DNA of 64,000 bases, from contig NC_079240.1 in assembly GCF_027921745.1 (NCBI RefSeq), forward strand, positions 2,170,001 to 2,234,000, given 5' to 3'. Both the position numbers and the translations under genes were made by a program. Under the pieces are notes generated by a model. It had not been told where the DNA came from, made no database searches, and saw nothing but the letters and a program-made list of their open reading frames with translations. Positions 23,125-36,614 of the stretch are shown here, piece after piece (position 1 is the stretch's first letter; each line of letters starts with the position of its first letter). The stretch is from Schizosaccharomyces osmophilus (lineage: Eukaryota).

Positions 23125-24357
23125 ATGCCTGAAGACGTTAAACGTTGTGTTCTTGCCTATTCCGGTGGTTTAGACACCTCTTGTATCCTTGCCTGGCTTA
23201 TTGAACAAGGATGGGAGGTGATTTGCTATATGGCTAACGTTGGCCAAGAAGAAGACTGGGAAACTGCCCGTCAAAAGGCAATGGGTGTGGGTGCCAAGAA
23301 GGTTTACATCGAAGACTTGCGCGACGAATTTATCCATGACACCGTCCTTCCCGCTGCCAAGTGTAACGCGATTTACGAAAACGTTTACCTTTTGGGTACT
23401 TCCCTTGCACGTCCCATCATTGCTCGTCGTCAAATCCAGATTGCTGAGAAGGAAAACTGCATTGCTGTTTCTCACGGTTGCACTGGTAAGGGCAACGATC
23501 AAGTTCGTTTCGAGCTTGCTTACTATGCCTTGAAGCCTGATATCCAAGTTATCGCTCCCTGGCGTCTTCCTGTTTTCTTCGATCGGTTTGCTGGACGTAC
23601 TGATTTGTTGAACTATGCCGCTGAAAAGGGCATCCCTGTTACTCAATCTATCAAGAAACCCTGGTCAATGGATGAAAACATTGTTCATTGCTCTTATGAA
23701 GCTGGTATTCTCGAAGATCCCAGTCTCGCTCCTCCCACTGACATGTGGACCCTTACCGTCGATCCTAAGGATGCTCCTGATGAAGAAGAGGAAATCGCCG
23801 TTCATTTTGAAAAGGGTAACCCCTGCAAGTTAGAGTGTAAAGATGGTGAGTTTACCGATGTTGTCAAGATCTTTAACCAATTGAATACTATTGCTCGTCG
23901 CAATGGTGTTGGTCGTATCGACATTGTCGAAAACCGTTTCTCCGGATTGAAGAGCCGTGGCTGTTACGAGACCCCTGGCTTAACCATTCTTCGTTCCGCT
24001 CACATGGATTTGGAGGGTTTGACCATGGAACGTGAAGTTCGTGCCTTGCGTGACCAATTCGTTACTTTCAACCTTTCTAAGATCCTCTACAACGGCCAAT
24101 ACTTCTCTCCCTGCACTCGTATGCTTTTGGCTGCTAATGATGTTTCTCAGGAAGTTGTTAATGGTGTCGTTAAGATTGCTGTTTATAAGGGCAATGTCAG
24201 TGTCCGTGGACGCAAGTCTGATACCGCTCGTCTCTACGATGAGAAGCTTACTTCAATGGATGAACTTGGTGGTTTCGACCCTACTTGGACTTCTGGTTTC
24301 ATTCAAATTGAATCCATTCGCTTGCGCAACTCCGATGAAGGCAAGTACTGGCTTTAA
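23125..24357 (+). CDS. arg12: argininosuccinate synthase
   Basis: VLAYSGGLDTS, HGCTGKGNDQVRFE and KSRGCYETPG motifs. Confidence 0.97.
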   Translation: MPEDVKRCVLAYSGGLDTSCILAWLIEQGWEVICYMANVGQEEDWETARQKAMGVGAKKVYIEDLRDEFIHDTVLPAAKCNAIYENVYLLGTSLARPIIARRQIQIAEKENCIAVSHGCTGKGNDQVRFELAYYALKPDIQVIAPWRLPVFFDRFAGRTDLLNYAAEKGIPVTQSIKKPWSMDENIVHCSYEAGILEDPSLAPPTDMWTLTVDPKDAPDEEEEIAVHFEKGNPCKLECKDGEFTDVVKIFNQLNTIARRNGVGRIDIVENRFSGLKSRGCYETPGLTILRSAHMDLEGLTMEREVRALRDQFVTFNLSKILYNGQYFSPCTRMLLAANDVSQEVVNGVVKIAVYKGNVSVRGRKSDTARLYDEKLTSMDELGGFDPTWTSGFIQIESIRLRNSDEGKYWL

Positions 24358-24737
24358 ACGTTTCTATATAGGATTATTCAGTCGGGTATCAATATAAATA
24401 ATTTTTTTTTATCAAGATATTCATGCAATTTTGTAAATGATTTGTATCAGTATAAGGCAAACAAACATGAAACCGATTATAATATATATGTATCAAATGA
24501 AAGGTATGTTTCATGTTTATAAGGACACTGTTCGGCCTATGCACTCTTCACTCGAGATAGAAAGAGTGGAATGTTTTTTTATTGTGAATCCAAGGACGAG
24601 GCTGTACGACAGTGAACAGAATCTAAACAGCGTTGTTACATTGAAAGCATTTTCGAGGATGGGACGACTATCACGATGTCCATGAAATGCCTGTAAGACT
24701 GATCGTAACAGCGAGTCTCGTTGTAAGTGATAAAGAA

Positions 24738-25079
24738 TCATTGACCCTTTAGGAACCAGTAGACACCAGCACAGACCATTAGCAAAAAAAAAGAGATAGT
24801 AGCTAATGTTCTGAAGAGTGCTAATGCAATGCGAGTGGCTCTGTTGATTATGATCAAGGACATATATAAAATGACAATGAGTGTTAAGATATTAATTAGA
24901 GAAGGAAGGGAGAAAGGCTGATTTCTTTTGTATAAAGATTTAAAAAAAGAAGATTCATATTGTTGAATATTCTTACCAACCTCCTCTACTTTTTGTAAGA
25001 TTTGGTCTGGCTCACTGGTCAAACCATAATCGATCATGTACTTGGCAATTAGACCCCAGAAAGCCTGTGATAAAGCCAT
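24738..25079 (-). CDS. apq12: nuclear membrane protein Apq12
   Basis: 113 aa with two C-terminal transmembrane segments; syntenic position next to arg12. Confidence 0.7.
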   Translation of the reverse strand: MALSQAFWGLIAKYMIDYGLTSEPDQILQKVEEVGKNIQQYESSFFKSLYKRNQPFSLPSLINILTLIVILYMSLIIINRATRIALALFRTLATISFFLLMVCAGVYWFLKGQ

Positions 25080-27651
25080 TTTTGGTGTAAATTGAAGGGA
25101 AAAAGGACTCTGGAAGAAAATTTCAGGATAATGAAGCAGTTACTGAGTCTTCAGTAGAGGTATGATCAAGCACTAGTGAAATGAAAACAAACAATACTAA
25201 TAGGGTTTATAATCAAGAAGGAATGAACATTTTCATTAATTAAAGGGTTGTTTTTATGAAGAACATGCTTCGATATAGAGATTACCAAACTATGGAATAT
25301 ATACCCTTTTTAAAGAATTTAGGGACGAATATTGAATTAATAGAAAAACAGTTTTTATAGTTCGGTTGTATTCACTCAAGGAGACAACTGTTGTGCCGTT
25401 AATTTCAATTCAAGCTTTAGCTAAGAGGATTTCACTACGGGAAAGCTGTGTTATGTGCGTTTTTATTTAAAATCTTTTAAAAGATTTCGATAATTCCTCC
25501 TGGAGTCCGAAGATACAGGACTTTCTTTTCATGTACAGGCTTCTTTGTCTAAGGTTTGTCGCACTTATTTACAACTTTTGTGTACCCAACACCCATAATG
25601 CTTTCTCCAATTGACGTCCAGATTCACTCATGAAGAGCAAACCAAGCCATCCGGTGCCAAAGCGTAGAATACTGAAAATCGAAACTTTGGACGATCACAT
25701 ATGAGATTTAAGGGGATGAGTATAATTATGATTATTTTTCCTCTTTTTATTTCAATATTGCCTATGGGAAAGGAACAGATTCTTGTGAAGTGAAAAGTAC
25801 GATGCTTAAAGATTACTTTCCCGGTGCCTAGGGAAACAAATCGTATATGTTGGCACCATAGGAGTCTCTTTAAAGTACATTCGCAATTTTGGATGTGTTG
25901 ATTTTCTTTTCACTATCAAGTCGCCTTCTCGCGAAACAAGTTTGCAAGAAAGGTTTCTTTCATAAAGGCTCAGAAATGATTCAAATATAATCGTTAAGCT
26001 GTAGCTTCACAAACTCAAAAAGATTATCGATTTGGCTTTCAAATGTTCAGTACAGGAATTAACGGATGGATTCGAAAGAAGACGACACGATGGACTCTTC
26101 GTTTTGGCTCGTCTATACGGAATGAAAAGAAAGGCTCACCTACTCATATATTTCACAGAGACTGTGAATTGCTTTCAAAACAGGTTAGTATCTGGACGAA
26201 AATAAACTAGCGAACGATACCTTTCTGCTCATAAATATTTATGACTTGACTCTGTTTCGAAACATATCATCTTTATCTAGGGAAGGCCGATAGCACCATA
26301 TAAAAGAAAGTAGTTCTGCTTAAAAAGAGGAAGAGAATCTATTTCAAACGTTAAAAATCTTACATCTGTCACTGCTAGTTGTTGATGAAAGTTAACCCAT
26401 AAAGGCGTTCAGCATGGCTGCATCTTACAATGGCTCACTTTCGTGAAAGTTTTTGCCTTTGCCTTTCGGTGTTATACTTTTCATAACAGTATCCTCCGGT
26501 TTTCTATTATCTTGAAACATATCGGGTTCGATGAACTTAGCGCTTACCGTGAAACCTATTCGTTTGATCATGCAGTTATGGCTGAGACCAACGCGTTTGC
26601 AATTCCTATTTTTGATTCTATTCATGACGGATTTCACGAAATTCCTCGAATCATTTCTATCCTTCATTTCCTTCAGAATAAAGGAATGATTACTTTGGAA
26701 GCGACGCATCCGCTCAATTCACCATGGCAGATAGAGAGGAATAATCTCCTATGTTCATGTTGAAATGTGAAAAGAAATGGGTTCCACACTGAAAAAAACG
26801 ATGCTTTACCGATTCTTCCGTTGGTACTGTTTAAGCGATTGGGTTTCAAAAAGACATGAAGAAGTGCAACTAGCAATACATAGCAAAAACGAAAGCTGTT
26901 TAGAAACGCTCCAGTCTTTTTTCAAACAACATACTATCAAGAAATTGTTTGACGGTAAAGGATTCGACAACAAATATTGACTTTGTTTTCATACTTGATC
27001 ATGCTAATTTCTTTTGAAAATAAGAAATCGATGGTGATCGTGTAAAGCTTGGAATCTCTCTTTCGTTTCTCTATCCATCCAAAACATCATTTGAATCCAA
27101 TGAGTATGTTTTATTGGACCTACTAACTAACGGCTGAATTTTCGTACGATACACTTCTTAGCAATACGTATTTAGAAAGTTCTTTTTCTTTTCCAACGTG
27201 GCTCTGTCATTGCCAAAGCCGCGAATTCAACATTCTGAATAGAAACCATTCCAGCCTTATATCCCATGCGAGACTTCCCTAACCACGGTTTCTTACTCTC
27301 AAACAAGCATAGTCATATTGTTCATGTCCTCCATTTAAATCTTCAAACCATGTTTATTTACTAAAGTAGTGAGTATCTGGTGTTCCTTGGTGCATCTATA
27401 TAAGACAACCTAGGAAAATTCTCATTAAAAATCGTATGTACTAAGATACTAGCACTGACTTTTCACCATCTACATCTAACATCTAAGCTTACGACAAAGG
27501 ATTAAGCAAACTTAGGTGGTGCAAGTTCATCGGTCTACCATCTTCAACTGAACTCAACAACGACAAGCTAGATATAAATTATCATTGTAGTTTTCGTTGC
27601 CTACTAGCCAAAACAATACCCATTAATATTTTTTTTTTTTCAATACATAAA

Positions 27652-28935
27652 ATGAACGCTTCTTCTCTTGCCAATCGGAGTTTAAAGTGCGCAGGAAGTG
27701 TCCGGATGATTTTACCTAGAAATTTTCGCTCGCACTTACCAGGCACTGCACAATTGTCGAAACTGACCAGCGTTTCTCGCATTCGTGAAATGAGCTCTTC
27801 TTCTGCTACTTATTCAGCTCCTAAACCTTTGGATGCTTCCAATGTCATCTTCAAGAAGGCTGACCAACTCAAGCCTGTGCCCGACTGGAACACCTTGAAG
27901 TTTGGCAAGGAATTCACCGACCACATGATGATTATGAAGTGGAACAAGCAAACCGGTTGGGGTACACCAGAAATTGTTCCTATGCAAAATCTTAGCTTCC
28001 ATCCCGCCACCACTGTCTTCCATTACGGTTTCGAATGTTTTGAGGGATTGAAGGCTTACAAGGATGAGAAGGGTGTTCCCCGACTTTTCCGCCCCAACAA
28101 GAATGCTGAGCGCATGTTGTCCACAGGCACTAGAATCTCCCTTCCCGATTTCGATCCCAAGGAATGGAGCGAAGCTATCCGCAAGTTCGTTGCTACCGAG
28201 AGTCGCTGGGTACCCGATAAGCGTGGCTTCTCCCTTTACCTTCGTCCCACCTTTATTGGTACCGATGCTGCCCTTGGTGTTCACCATTGTGAAAATGCTA
28301 TGATTTATGTCATTGCTTCTCCCGTCGGTCCCTACTACAGCTCCGGATTCAAGGCCATCCGTCTTTGTTGCTCCGAAGGAGCTGTTCGTGCTTGGCCCGG
28401 TGGTACTGGACAGTACAAGCTTGGTGGTAACTATGCTCCTAGCGTTTTGCCCGCTGCTGAAGCTGCCGAGAAGGGTTTCGCCCAAATTCTCTGGTTGTAC
28501 GGTGAGGAGGACTATGTCACCGAAGTCGGTACTATGAACTGCTTCACTGTCTGGATCAACAAGAATGGTGAAAAGGAAATTATCACCGCTCCTCTCGACG
28601 GTATGATTTTGCCTGGTGTCACTCGTGATTCCATTCTCGATATCGCTCGTGAGCGCCTTGTTCCCCAGGGCTGGAAGGTTACTGAAGGCAAGTATTCCAT
28701 GAAGGAGGTTGCTGAAGCTTCCAAGGAAGGTCGTCTTTTGGAAGTCTTCGGTGCTGGTACCGCCGCTTTGGTTTCTCCCGTCAAGGCTATCAATTACAAG
28801 GGTGCCGAAATCAACGTCCCTTTGCCTGAAGGCCAAGAAGCCGGCCCCATCACCTCCCAAATTAGCAACTGGATCCTCGATATCCAATATGGTAAGGATC
28901 CTAACCACCCATGGAGTGTTCCTGTCACGAACTAA
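27652..28935 (+). CDS. eca39: branched-chain amino acid aminotransferase
   Basis: FGKEFTDHM, HYGFECFEGLKAY, YKLGGNYA, EVGTMN and ILPGVTRDS motifs; Arg/Ser-rich mitochondrial-type leader. Confidence 0.96.
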   Translation: MNASSLANRSLKCAGSVRMILPRNFRSHLPGTAQLSKLTSVSRIREMSSSSATYSAPKPLDASNVIFKKADQLKPVPDWNTLKFGKEFTDHMMIMKWNKQTGWGTPEIVPMQNLSFHPATTVFHYGFECFEGLKAYKDEKGVPRLFRPNKNAERMLSTGTRISLPDFDPKEWSEAIRKFVATESRWVPDKRGFSLYLRPTFIGTDAALGVHHCENAMIYVIASPVGPYYSSGFKAIRLCCSEGAVRAWPGGTGQYKLGGNYAPSVLPAAEAAEKGFAQILWLYGEEDYVTEVGTMNCFTVWINKNGEKEIITAPLDGMILPGVTRDSILDIARERLVPQGWKVTEGKYSMKEVAEASKEGRLLEVFGAGTAALVSPVKAINYKGAEINVPLPEGQEAGPITSQISNWILDIQYGKDPNHPWSVPVTN

Positions 28936-29420
28936 GAACCTCTGTAATCCATCCATCGTTTAAGTAACCTGTATAAGATTGCTGGATTTTTTGCCAATGG
29001 AGACGTGAATAGGAGTCGGTCCTAACATAGTCTCAATTGTCTCTTGTTTTATAGTTTTAGAAAACCCGAATAAATTATTGGTATTGGTATGCATGCAGTA
29101 GCATAATCAAGTTTATGGAAGTATGTATCGTTTCAGCTCAAGTTCATAAGTATGTGTTAAGTTTACTTCTAATTCCTTCATACTTCACGTTTAAATTCAG
29201 TTCATTTGCTGTGTATAATAACGCTGAAATGATAATAGTCTAGTCCCAAATTTGGAAAACGCAGGGATAATGGAATTAGGAAAAGAAATGTTCATGTTTC
29301 TATTTCTCTTACTTTATTCAATATTTTCAAGGATCTTCGAAATTGGATTCCATAAGTAACCTATACTAGTCATCATGTTCTTTCTACCATCACATTAGAA
29401 GAGTTTCACTCACATTGAAC

Positions 29421-32104
29421 ATGTCTCAACATGTATCGAACGATGTTTCTACGTTTTCTATCAGTCGTGGAAACAATGATTTAAGCGTATGAGATTGAAA
29501 ACACCTATTTTGTTTTGGAAAGTAAACGTTGAGTACTAACTTGAGTAGCAATCCAGTTTTCAAGAACTAATGCAAATGGACAAAGATGATCCAGAGGTTT
29601 GTAGAGTTCTGATATTGTTTCTTTTCTAATCTGTATATAGTTGAACGACGATGTTGTGTTTTTGGGACCAAACGGTATGGATACTTTGAGTAGCTTTCCA
29701 AAAACTAACCACTGAAGAGGCACCTGTTATTTTTGAACTTGGAGATGAATATGAGTCGTTTGCAAATACATTTTTGGCGAATAAAGACGATCTATTCTCC
29801 AGCGAGGGATTACTGACAAGCTTTTGTAAGCTTTGCGAAGAAAAGTATGTCCAATTTTCATACGCTATGCGGTCTAACGTTTTCTTTAGGTATTTAAAAG
29901 CGTGTAAAGAAGAAGACGAAGAATTAATGGATCATTGGGGTTTGGAATTACGCACTTGGGATTTGATACAGAGAATCTATTTGTACGTTTTTTCATCATT
30001 TTAGTACCGTTCTTTATTTTATTAACTTATTAAATAAGGTTTCGAAGTTCAGCACAAGACGAGTCTATTTCTTCACATATGTTTTCTTCCATAGCTGTTT
30101 TGGAAGAAGAATTCTACTCCAAACATCCTGCTGCATTTGAAAATCATGTAAGTAAAATAATATTGAGAGAAATTATCTAACACCAAGCAGTTGGTATTCA
30201 ATTGGTTACGCGATAGTCCTGTTCAAGAGCCTGACATCGAAATCCGAGGTAACCGTTGGTTTTATACTCGTGAAAATATCAAGAAAAATACCCGGAAACA
30301 CTCCAATTTTATTTTAGATAAGAAAGATGAGTCTAACGTCTCAAATTTGGATCCAGATGCAGACATTCGCGATGAGCGCCGCCTTGACGAAAAAGACGAT
30401 AACTATGATCGCCAATTTATACGCGCTGCATTCTCGCTTTATCGGGCTGGTGATTTTGAAGGACTTTTGGATTTGTGTAGGAAAAGTGGAAATTATTGGC
30501 GTTCCGCTTCTCTGCAAGGTGCGTTTGAATATCGTAACAGCGTAATAGATGAAGCCCTGCACACCGAAACTTTAGGTAATAAAAGAAAAGAACTATGGAG
30601 ACGTGCATGTTTTGCTTTAACAAAAAACAAGCGCACCGATGCTTATGAGCGTGCTCTGTATGGCGCACTCTGTGGTGATTTAAAATCCGTCTTGAATGTC
30701 TGCACATCCTGGGAGGATGCTCTATGGGCATACTACAACAGTATGAATCAGTATAACTTGGACGTATATCTTTCTGATAAAATACCTCAACCAGATACTC
30801 ACTTGCCCCCTATTGATAGCGGAATCGGGTTGAGTCCAGAAACTATATTTGAAGCTTTGGATCAATATCCTTTAGAAGAAATCCGGAACTCAGCTGCTCA
30901 TCCACTGAGAAGATTACAAGCTTATACTATTTTGAATCAAGTTGATAGACTATTTACACTAGCTCACGAACAGCTAGAGGCTGTACGAGCTGGAAATACC
31001 GAAGGCATTTTGGAACTTACTAGTCCCTCAAGCCTTCGAATTATGGTTCACCAGCTTCTTTTTATGCAGATTGCTGGCATACATGTTGATGCTTATATTT
31101 CGGATTCTATAATCCAATCGTATATTGAGCTGCTAGCCAGTGCAAAGAAGAATTCCTTGGTTCCCCTGTACATTCCCTTCCTTTCCGATCACGTTCAGTA
31201 TGAAGCATACGCTCGCTTTTTGAGCTTTATAGAAGATGCAAATTCACGACTTGAGCAGCTCAAGCTCGCGAAAAAGTTTCAGTTGGATATTGATAGGGCA
31301 GCTTTGATGAGTGTCTCACTTGCTTTTGATGAATTTGCCCGTGATGCTGAACCGTTACTTGAAATTAATTTAAAAACACTAGACGACCCGGTACCCTTGG
31401 TTTATACGAAGTTTATATCCACTCTAGAATGGTTAATAATAACTTGCCAATCTGACGATTTGTTAGTGTACGCAAATTATGCCTTCCGGTTTTTCTTATC
31501 TAAGGGAGAACTAAATTCTGCATATTTATTGTACACCCGTCTTCCAGCCGAAACACTTGATGTTTTAACCCCAGGTGAAATACCTGCCGATAAAAGTTCA
31601 AAAGTTCAAACAGCGTATGAGTTCATGAGTTATCGTGCCTTGTGTCGAGCTTTTCAAGTGCATGAAGAATGGAATAAATTAATGTATGAACCAATTTTGA
31701 ATGATACCTCTACAACAAAAGCCAGTGTTGCTTACAAGGAATGGAAAAAGTCTCTTACACTTACATCACACAGATGTATAAAGCTGTTTAATGAGCTTCT
31801 TCGAGCGAATGTCCTTCATCCATCAACTATGGAGTTAAATGAAGATGAAGAAAAAGAGCTCTGTAGTAAATTGTACCGCATTCGAAATATATATATCCCC
31901 GAAATTATTTTGAATCTTCACAATGTTTACTTTCATAACGAAGATTATAATGGCTGCTTTACTCTTGCGAATGAGGTAGCAGGAGAGGATCTTAAGCTCT
32001 ATCACTGTCTTCTTGAAAGCGGAAGAATTGAAGAGTATGCAGCTGGCTTGGCTATTGTGGGAGAGTACAGTCTTTCTTCTCCTGAAGGAATCTTTAGCAT
32101 TTAA
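29421..32104 (+). CDS. nup107: nucleoporin Nup107 (several short 5' exons; start approximate)
   Basis: LELRTWDL, LDPDA..R, WRSASLQG, GNKRKELWR, YERALYGALCG, WEDALWAY and RNIYIPE motifs of the Nup84/Nup107 family. Confidence 0.9.
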
Positions 32105-32641
32105 ATTTACACAAATGAAATTAAAAATAAATCCCTCCTTTTGTTCCAAACTCTTTCCCGTAAAAGTTTCTTGCGGAATTCGTTGGTTCATTTAAGCATC
32201 CTACGGAAGCATAATCATTTCAAAGCTCGACTGACTTTTATCTTTCTTTCTTACTTTCCTTTTATATATAATACTTTACTCCTTCTCAATCCTTATCGGT
32301 TGCTTTTACTATGTAGGAAGAATAGGTACTCAAAAGTCCAGGGTCTTCTTCAGACAATAAAAATTTCGGTTGTACGTAGAAGGATTAAAAGAAACTTGTT
32401 ACATTCTTGTCTTGGCGTCAGCCTTGTAAATTACCTTGAATTGGAATTCTTGTAGAAAAACATGAATTCTTACTCATAAAAGAGCTTACAGTAGTAAAGT
32501 TGCTTTTTTATTTAATACAGAAACTATTGAAAGTATACGGACGTTCAGAAAGAAGTACGTTGATACTGTAATGAATTTCGTTTTCTCCCAAATCATCACT
32601 TGGAACACAAAACAAACATTGACATAATATTGAACTAAATA

Positions 32642-35344
32642 ATGCCAAATATGGCAGACAATGGTCATAAACAAAGGGATTATATAAAACAAGCTACTGC
32701 TAATGAAAAGCGCTCTACCAAGCCTCACAGAGAAACGACAAGTCAGCATTCGAGTGGACTAGACAATCTTGAAGACCTCGCAAAAAATCTGCCGAATTTG
32801 ACACCAAAGCCCGCAAGTCCTTCAAAAACCAAACATTCTTCGAACACACGCGCCTTGCAAAGCTTAGGGAAACAGGAAATAGATGTAGATTCAACAAAGG
32901 ATGAATTACCTACTATATCACCAGAGAAGATAGATGCCATTTTCTCTCCAAAACCAAAACCGACAAAATGGACAAAGGAAAGTCCTGTAAAAATACCGTT
33001 AAAGACGCCTTCTCAACCAAAAATTTCAAAGATTGGCAAAGAGCATTGGGATATAGACCCATTTGCTCCTATTCCAGTAAATTCTTCTGCATGGAAATCT
33101 TCTTACAATAAGAACATTAAGAAAGCAAGCAAGCTTCCTTCGGAAAACCCCGCTAGCGATGCTTTTGTCATTCAGACACCAAAGAACGACGCACCAACAT
33201 GGTTGAATACGCCGGTCCAACCAAGGACGCCTAGTTCTCCAATGTCTACGCCTCCGCGAAGAAACTATGGATCACCGAAAGTTTCTTCACAGGAGTACGT
33301 TGATCCTCTAAAGACTCAGGATATTCTGAAAGACCTCTTTGCAGGATCACTCGCCGAAACCGAACCAAATTCTGACCAGGAGAAGGAGCTCTTTATCAAA
33401 GGATTAAAGCTATCTTTACTACCTCACCAAATTCAAGGTCTACGCTGGCTGAAGAGACGGGAAAATGGTGACCGTGATGGCGTGCAAAATCCTACGTCAA
33501 AAGTAAGTAAGAATGTTTACTAGAGAATGCTAATATTTTTAGAAAAAACAAGCTCTAAAAGAACTTAAATCCTATGGTGGTATTCTTGCTGATGATGTAC
33601 GAAAAAGTTCGTTTATAACATGCTAATCATAAAGATGGGTCTAGGGAAAACTATACAGACAATTTCACTAATTCTATCTCATCCATATCACGATGAATCT
33701 TTAGAGACTACTGATGAAACAGAGAAGTCTATTAAGCCTTGTCGATCTACTTTGGTGGTTGCTCCTTTAAGTTTGATAAAACAGTGGGAAGAAGAGGTTC
33801 ACAGTAAAAGTAACCTAAAGGCTTTGGTGTATCATGGTGCAAACAGAAAGAGAGATTTAGATCATGTACATGATTATGATGTGGTCATCACTACATACCA
33901 GACGCTCGTTTCAGAAAACGCACCCGAGAAGAAAGATGAGGGCTCCAAAAATACGTTGAACTTGCTTTCCTTCTTTTGGTGGAGGGTCATCCTAGACGAA
34001 GCCCATACAATTAAGAATAAGGCGTCCAAAACTTCTGTCTCATGTTGCTCTTTAATGAGTAGAAACCGTTGGTGTCTTACTGGTACGCCACTACAAAACA
34101 ATCTGGATGAGATTTTCTCGTTAATTAAGTTTTTGAGGATACAGCCTCTGAACGACGCAGCCACCTGGAAAGAACAGATTACACGTCCAGTTACCCAAGG
34201 GAAAGGACAATTGGCTGTCGAGCGCTTGCGTGCATTTCTTTCCGTCATTATGTTGCGAAGGACAAAAAAAGTACTTCAACAATCATCTGGCAGACTTGAA
34301 GACGGTGGGCTGATGAAGCTACCCAAGCGAATAGTTGAGAAAGTCAGTTGCCAGTTCAGCGAACGTGAAAAAGACTTGTATCATTCACTAGAGAAGAAAA
34401 GTGAAAATACCATGTCGGAATTTATAAAGACAGGTGAGCTCAACAAAAATTACACAAATGTCCTCTGCTTACTTCTCCGTTTACGACAAGCATGTAATCA
34501 CCCAAAGCTTATAAGCACGCATTTACGGAATGATGCTGATGCTCTTTCTGTTTCTACAATGAAATTTAATGGTAAGGATCCTCTTCCTGACCAAGCTGTC
34601 GATGATGTCGCCGCTATGCTAGAAGGGATTGGTATCGGTCACAAAAGTAAAGTTCGTTGCGAAATATGTTATACGGTACTTCCCCAAAATACGAGTGTTT
34701 CGATTTGCAATAATTGCCTGGCGAACATACAAAAGCTTTCTGATAATCCTTCAGAGGTAGCTATGGATCAAGAAGTGTACATGTCATCCAAAGTAAAAAA
34801 GATTCTTTGGCTTTTGAAGGGAGATGCAAAATCTGAAGAAGAAGGAAAGCGTGCACCATCCGGAAAGTCCATTATATTCTCTCAATTCACAACCTTCCTT
34901 GATATCCTTGAGCCACATCTAGTTGCTTCAAATATCAAATTCGTTCGTTACGATGGAAAAATGACCAACCCTGCTCGTGAGGAATCGTTGCGAAAACTAA
35001 GTGATGATAGCGAAGTACGCGTTTTACTGTGTTCTTTGAAGTGTGGAGCACTAGGCTTAAATTTAACCTGTGCTAATCGTGTAATTCTCTCCGATGTATG
35101 GTGGAATCCGGCAATTGAAGACCAGGCTATCGATCGGGTGCATAGAATTGGGCAAAAAAGGGATGTGTTTGTTTACAAGCTGGTTATAAATGGTAGCATA
35201 GAAGAAAGAATTGTCACATTGCAAGAACAAAAACGATTAATTGCAGAAGGTGCTTTGGGAGACAGCAAATCAAAAGTAAAATCAGGGAAACTATCGATGA
35301 GCGACCTTTTGTACCTCTTCCATAAACAAACTGAATTGGACTAA
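32642..35344 (+). CDS. Snf2-family ATPase (Rad16/Ris1-like; SPBC582.10c counterpart), 2 introns near 33504-33634
   Basis: LLPHQIQGLRWL, GGILADD|MGLGKT, ILDEAH, CLTGTPLQN, LLRLRQACNHP, GLNLT and QAIDRVHRIGQ motifs; reduced CxxC...CxxC insert. Confidence 0.92.
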
Positions 35345-35572
35345 CTGAAATTGGCTAAGAATGCTGACTTACGATGAATGACTTCTTAAGTTGACGAAAT
35401 TGAGGTTCCACTTTTGCTATGACCGTTAATTAGGTATGCTATTCTCATATCTAGAAAAAGAGTAGATTGGTTTACGAAATTAAAGTAGCATTATTCTAAA
35501 TATCATCTATTGGAAAATTCCAACGTAATCGTCGAAAAGCAATTAGATTAGAAAGTAGAGAAATCCTTCTAA

Positions 35573-36614
35573 TTAATTTAACCAAGTCTTATAGAGACCC
35601 ATTAAGCTTGTGGTAATACCAGTCATAGCGACAACACCCTCATCCAACTTTACGATATCCAACTCAGCCAGAGGAATTAAAGCATCCAGAGCATTTTGGA
35701 TGGCGAAGTAGACGACATCGTTTTTTTCCCTAATTAAGTGTTAGTTGAGAGGGAAAGGTGCTTCAAACATACTTCGTTAAAGATTCAACAGATGCTTCAT
35801 GTTTCGTTTTACCGGAATCGGAAGCTTGAATTGATTTCAAATGTTCAGAAATCTTTTGGTAATTATATACGCCTGCGAAGCAAGAGGAAAGCAAGGCGGC
35901 AGCTAAAAATTGCTTACTCAAGGTAGAAACGTATTTGTGGTTGGGACACTTGACTAAATTTGTCTTTTGTAACCAACCGATTAATTCCATTGCAGAATAA
36001 CCAGTAAAAGCAAGATCTCTAGTCAGTTGAATGGAAGGGAGAGCAGCTTCAGAAGAAGAAACTGGATTTTTTATTTGAAGACTGCCGAAATAAGACTTGG
36101 AAAGATAATCAAAAACCTTGCCGATACTGAACAGTTTTCTAGCAAAAGAAATTTGAGATTCTAAAGAGTCCCACTTATTTACGGATTCCAAAGAGCTTCC
36201 ATTGTAGTACAGGCGCCAAGCCAGAAGCTTTGCAACAAATTGCAAGGTTCTAAAAGACTAGACAACCATGTTAGCAAACGTTTAGTACAGAAAAGAGTGC
36301 CAAATTTTTATTGCTGATTGGAATCCTCAGTTATTAGAAGAAATAAGATTTTTATATAAGAAACTGGGTGGGATTAACAAAGGTCGTCTTATCACCCAAA
36401 AGTGCAATGCTCTTGGTTTTGTGATGAACAGCTAACTGTAGCAAAAGAAATATGACATTCTCCTTTTTATAATTGAGCAGTATTTACCTTGTCTCTAGCA
36501 GACATAGAATTTAACATCTAAAGATTATAGTTAGTACCCTCATAGTAGTTTCAATGTTTTCTTTCATACGCGTAAAACGTGTGCATATTGAGCTGTCTCA
36601 AAAATAACTGCCAT
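35573..36614 (-). CDS. pex11: peroxisomal biogenesis factor Pex11 (multi-exon)
   Basis: RDK|SFRTLQFVAKLLAW, ARKLFSIGK and QNALDALIPL segments; synteny. Confidence 0.85.

Noticed and set aside
25630..26980. Short collinear resemblances to the telomerase Trt1 N-terminus (PKRRILK, TLDDHI, KCSVQEL, FERRR, VFAF, IILK, LQSFF)
   Set aside because: Only 4-5-residue matches to a sequence recalled from memory, requiring many large gaps. The same region also echoes the syntenic pho4, showing how easily chance matches arise. tblastn with Trt1 would settle it.
27814..28956. 380-aa antisense ORF over eca39
   Set aside because: Shadow ORF from the biased codon usage of a highly expressed gene; the same applies to the antisense ORFs over arg12 and hsp16.
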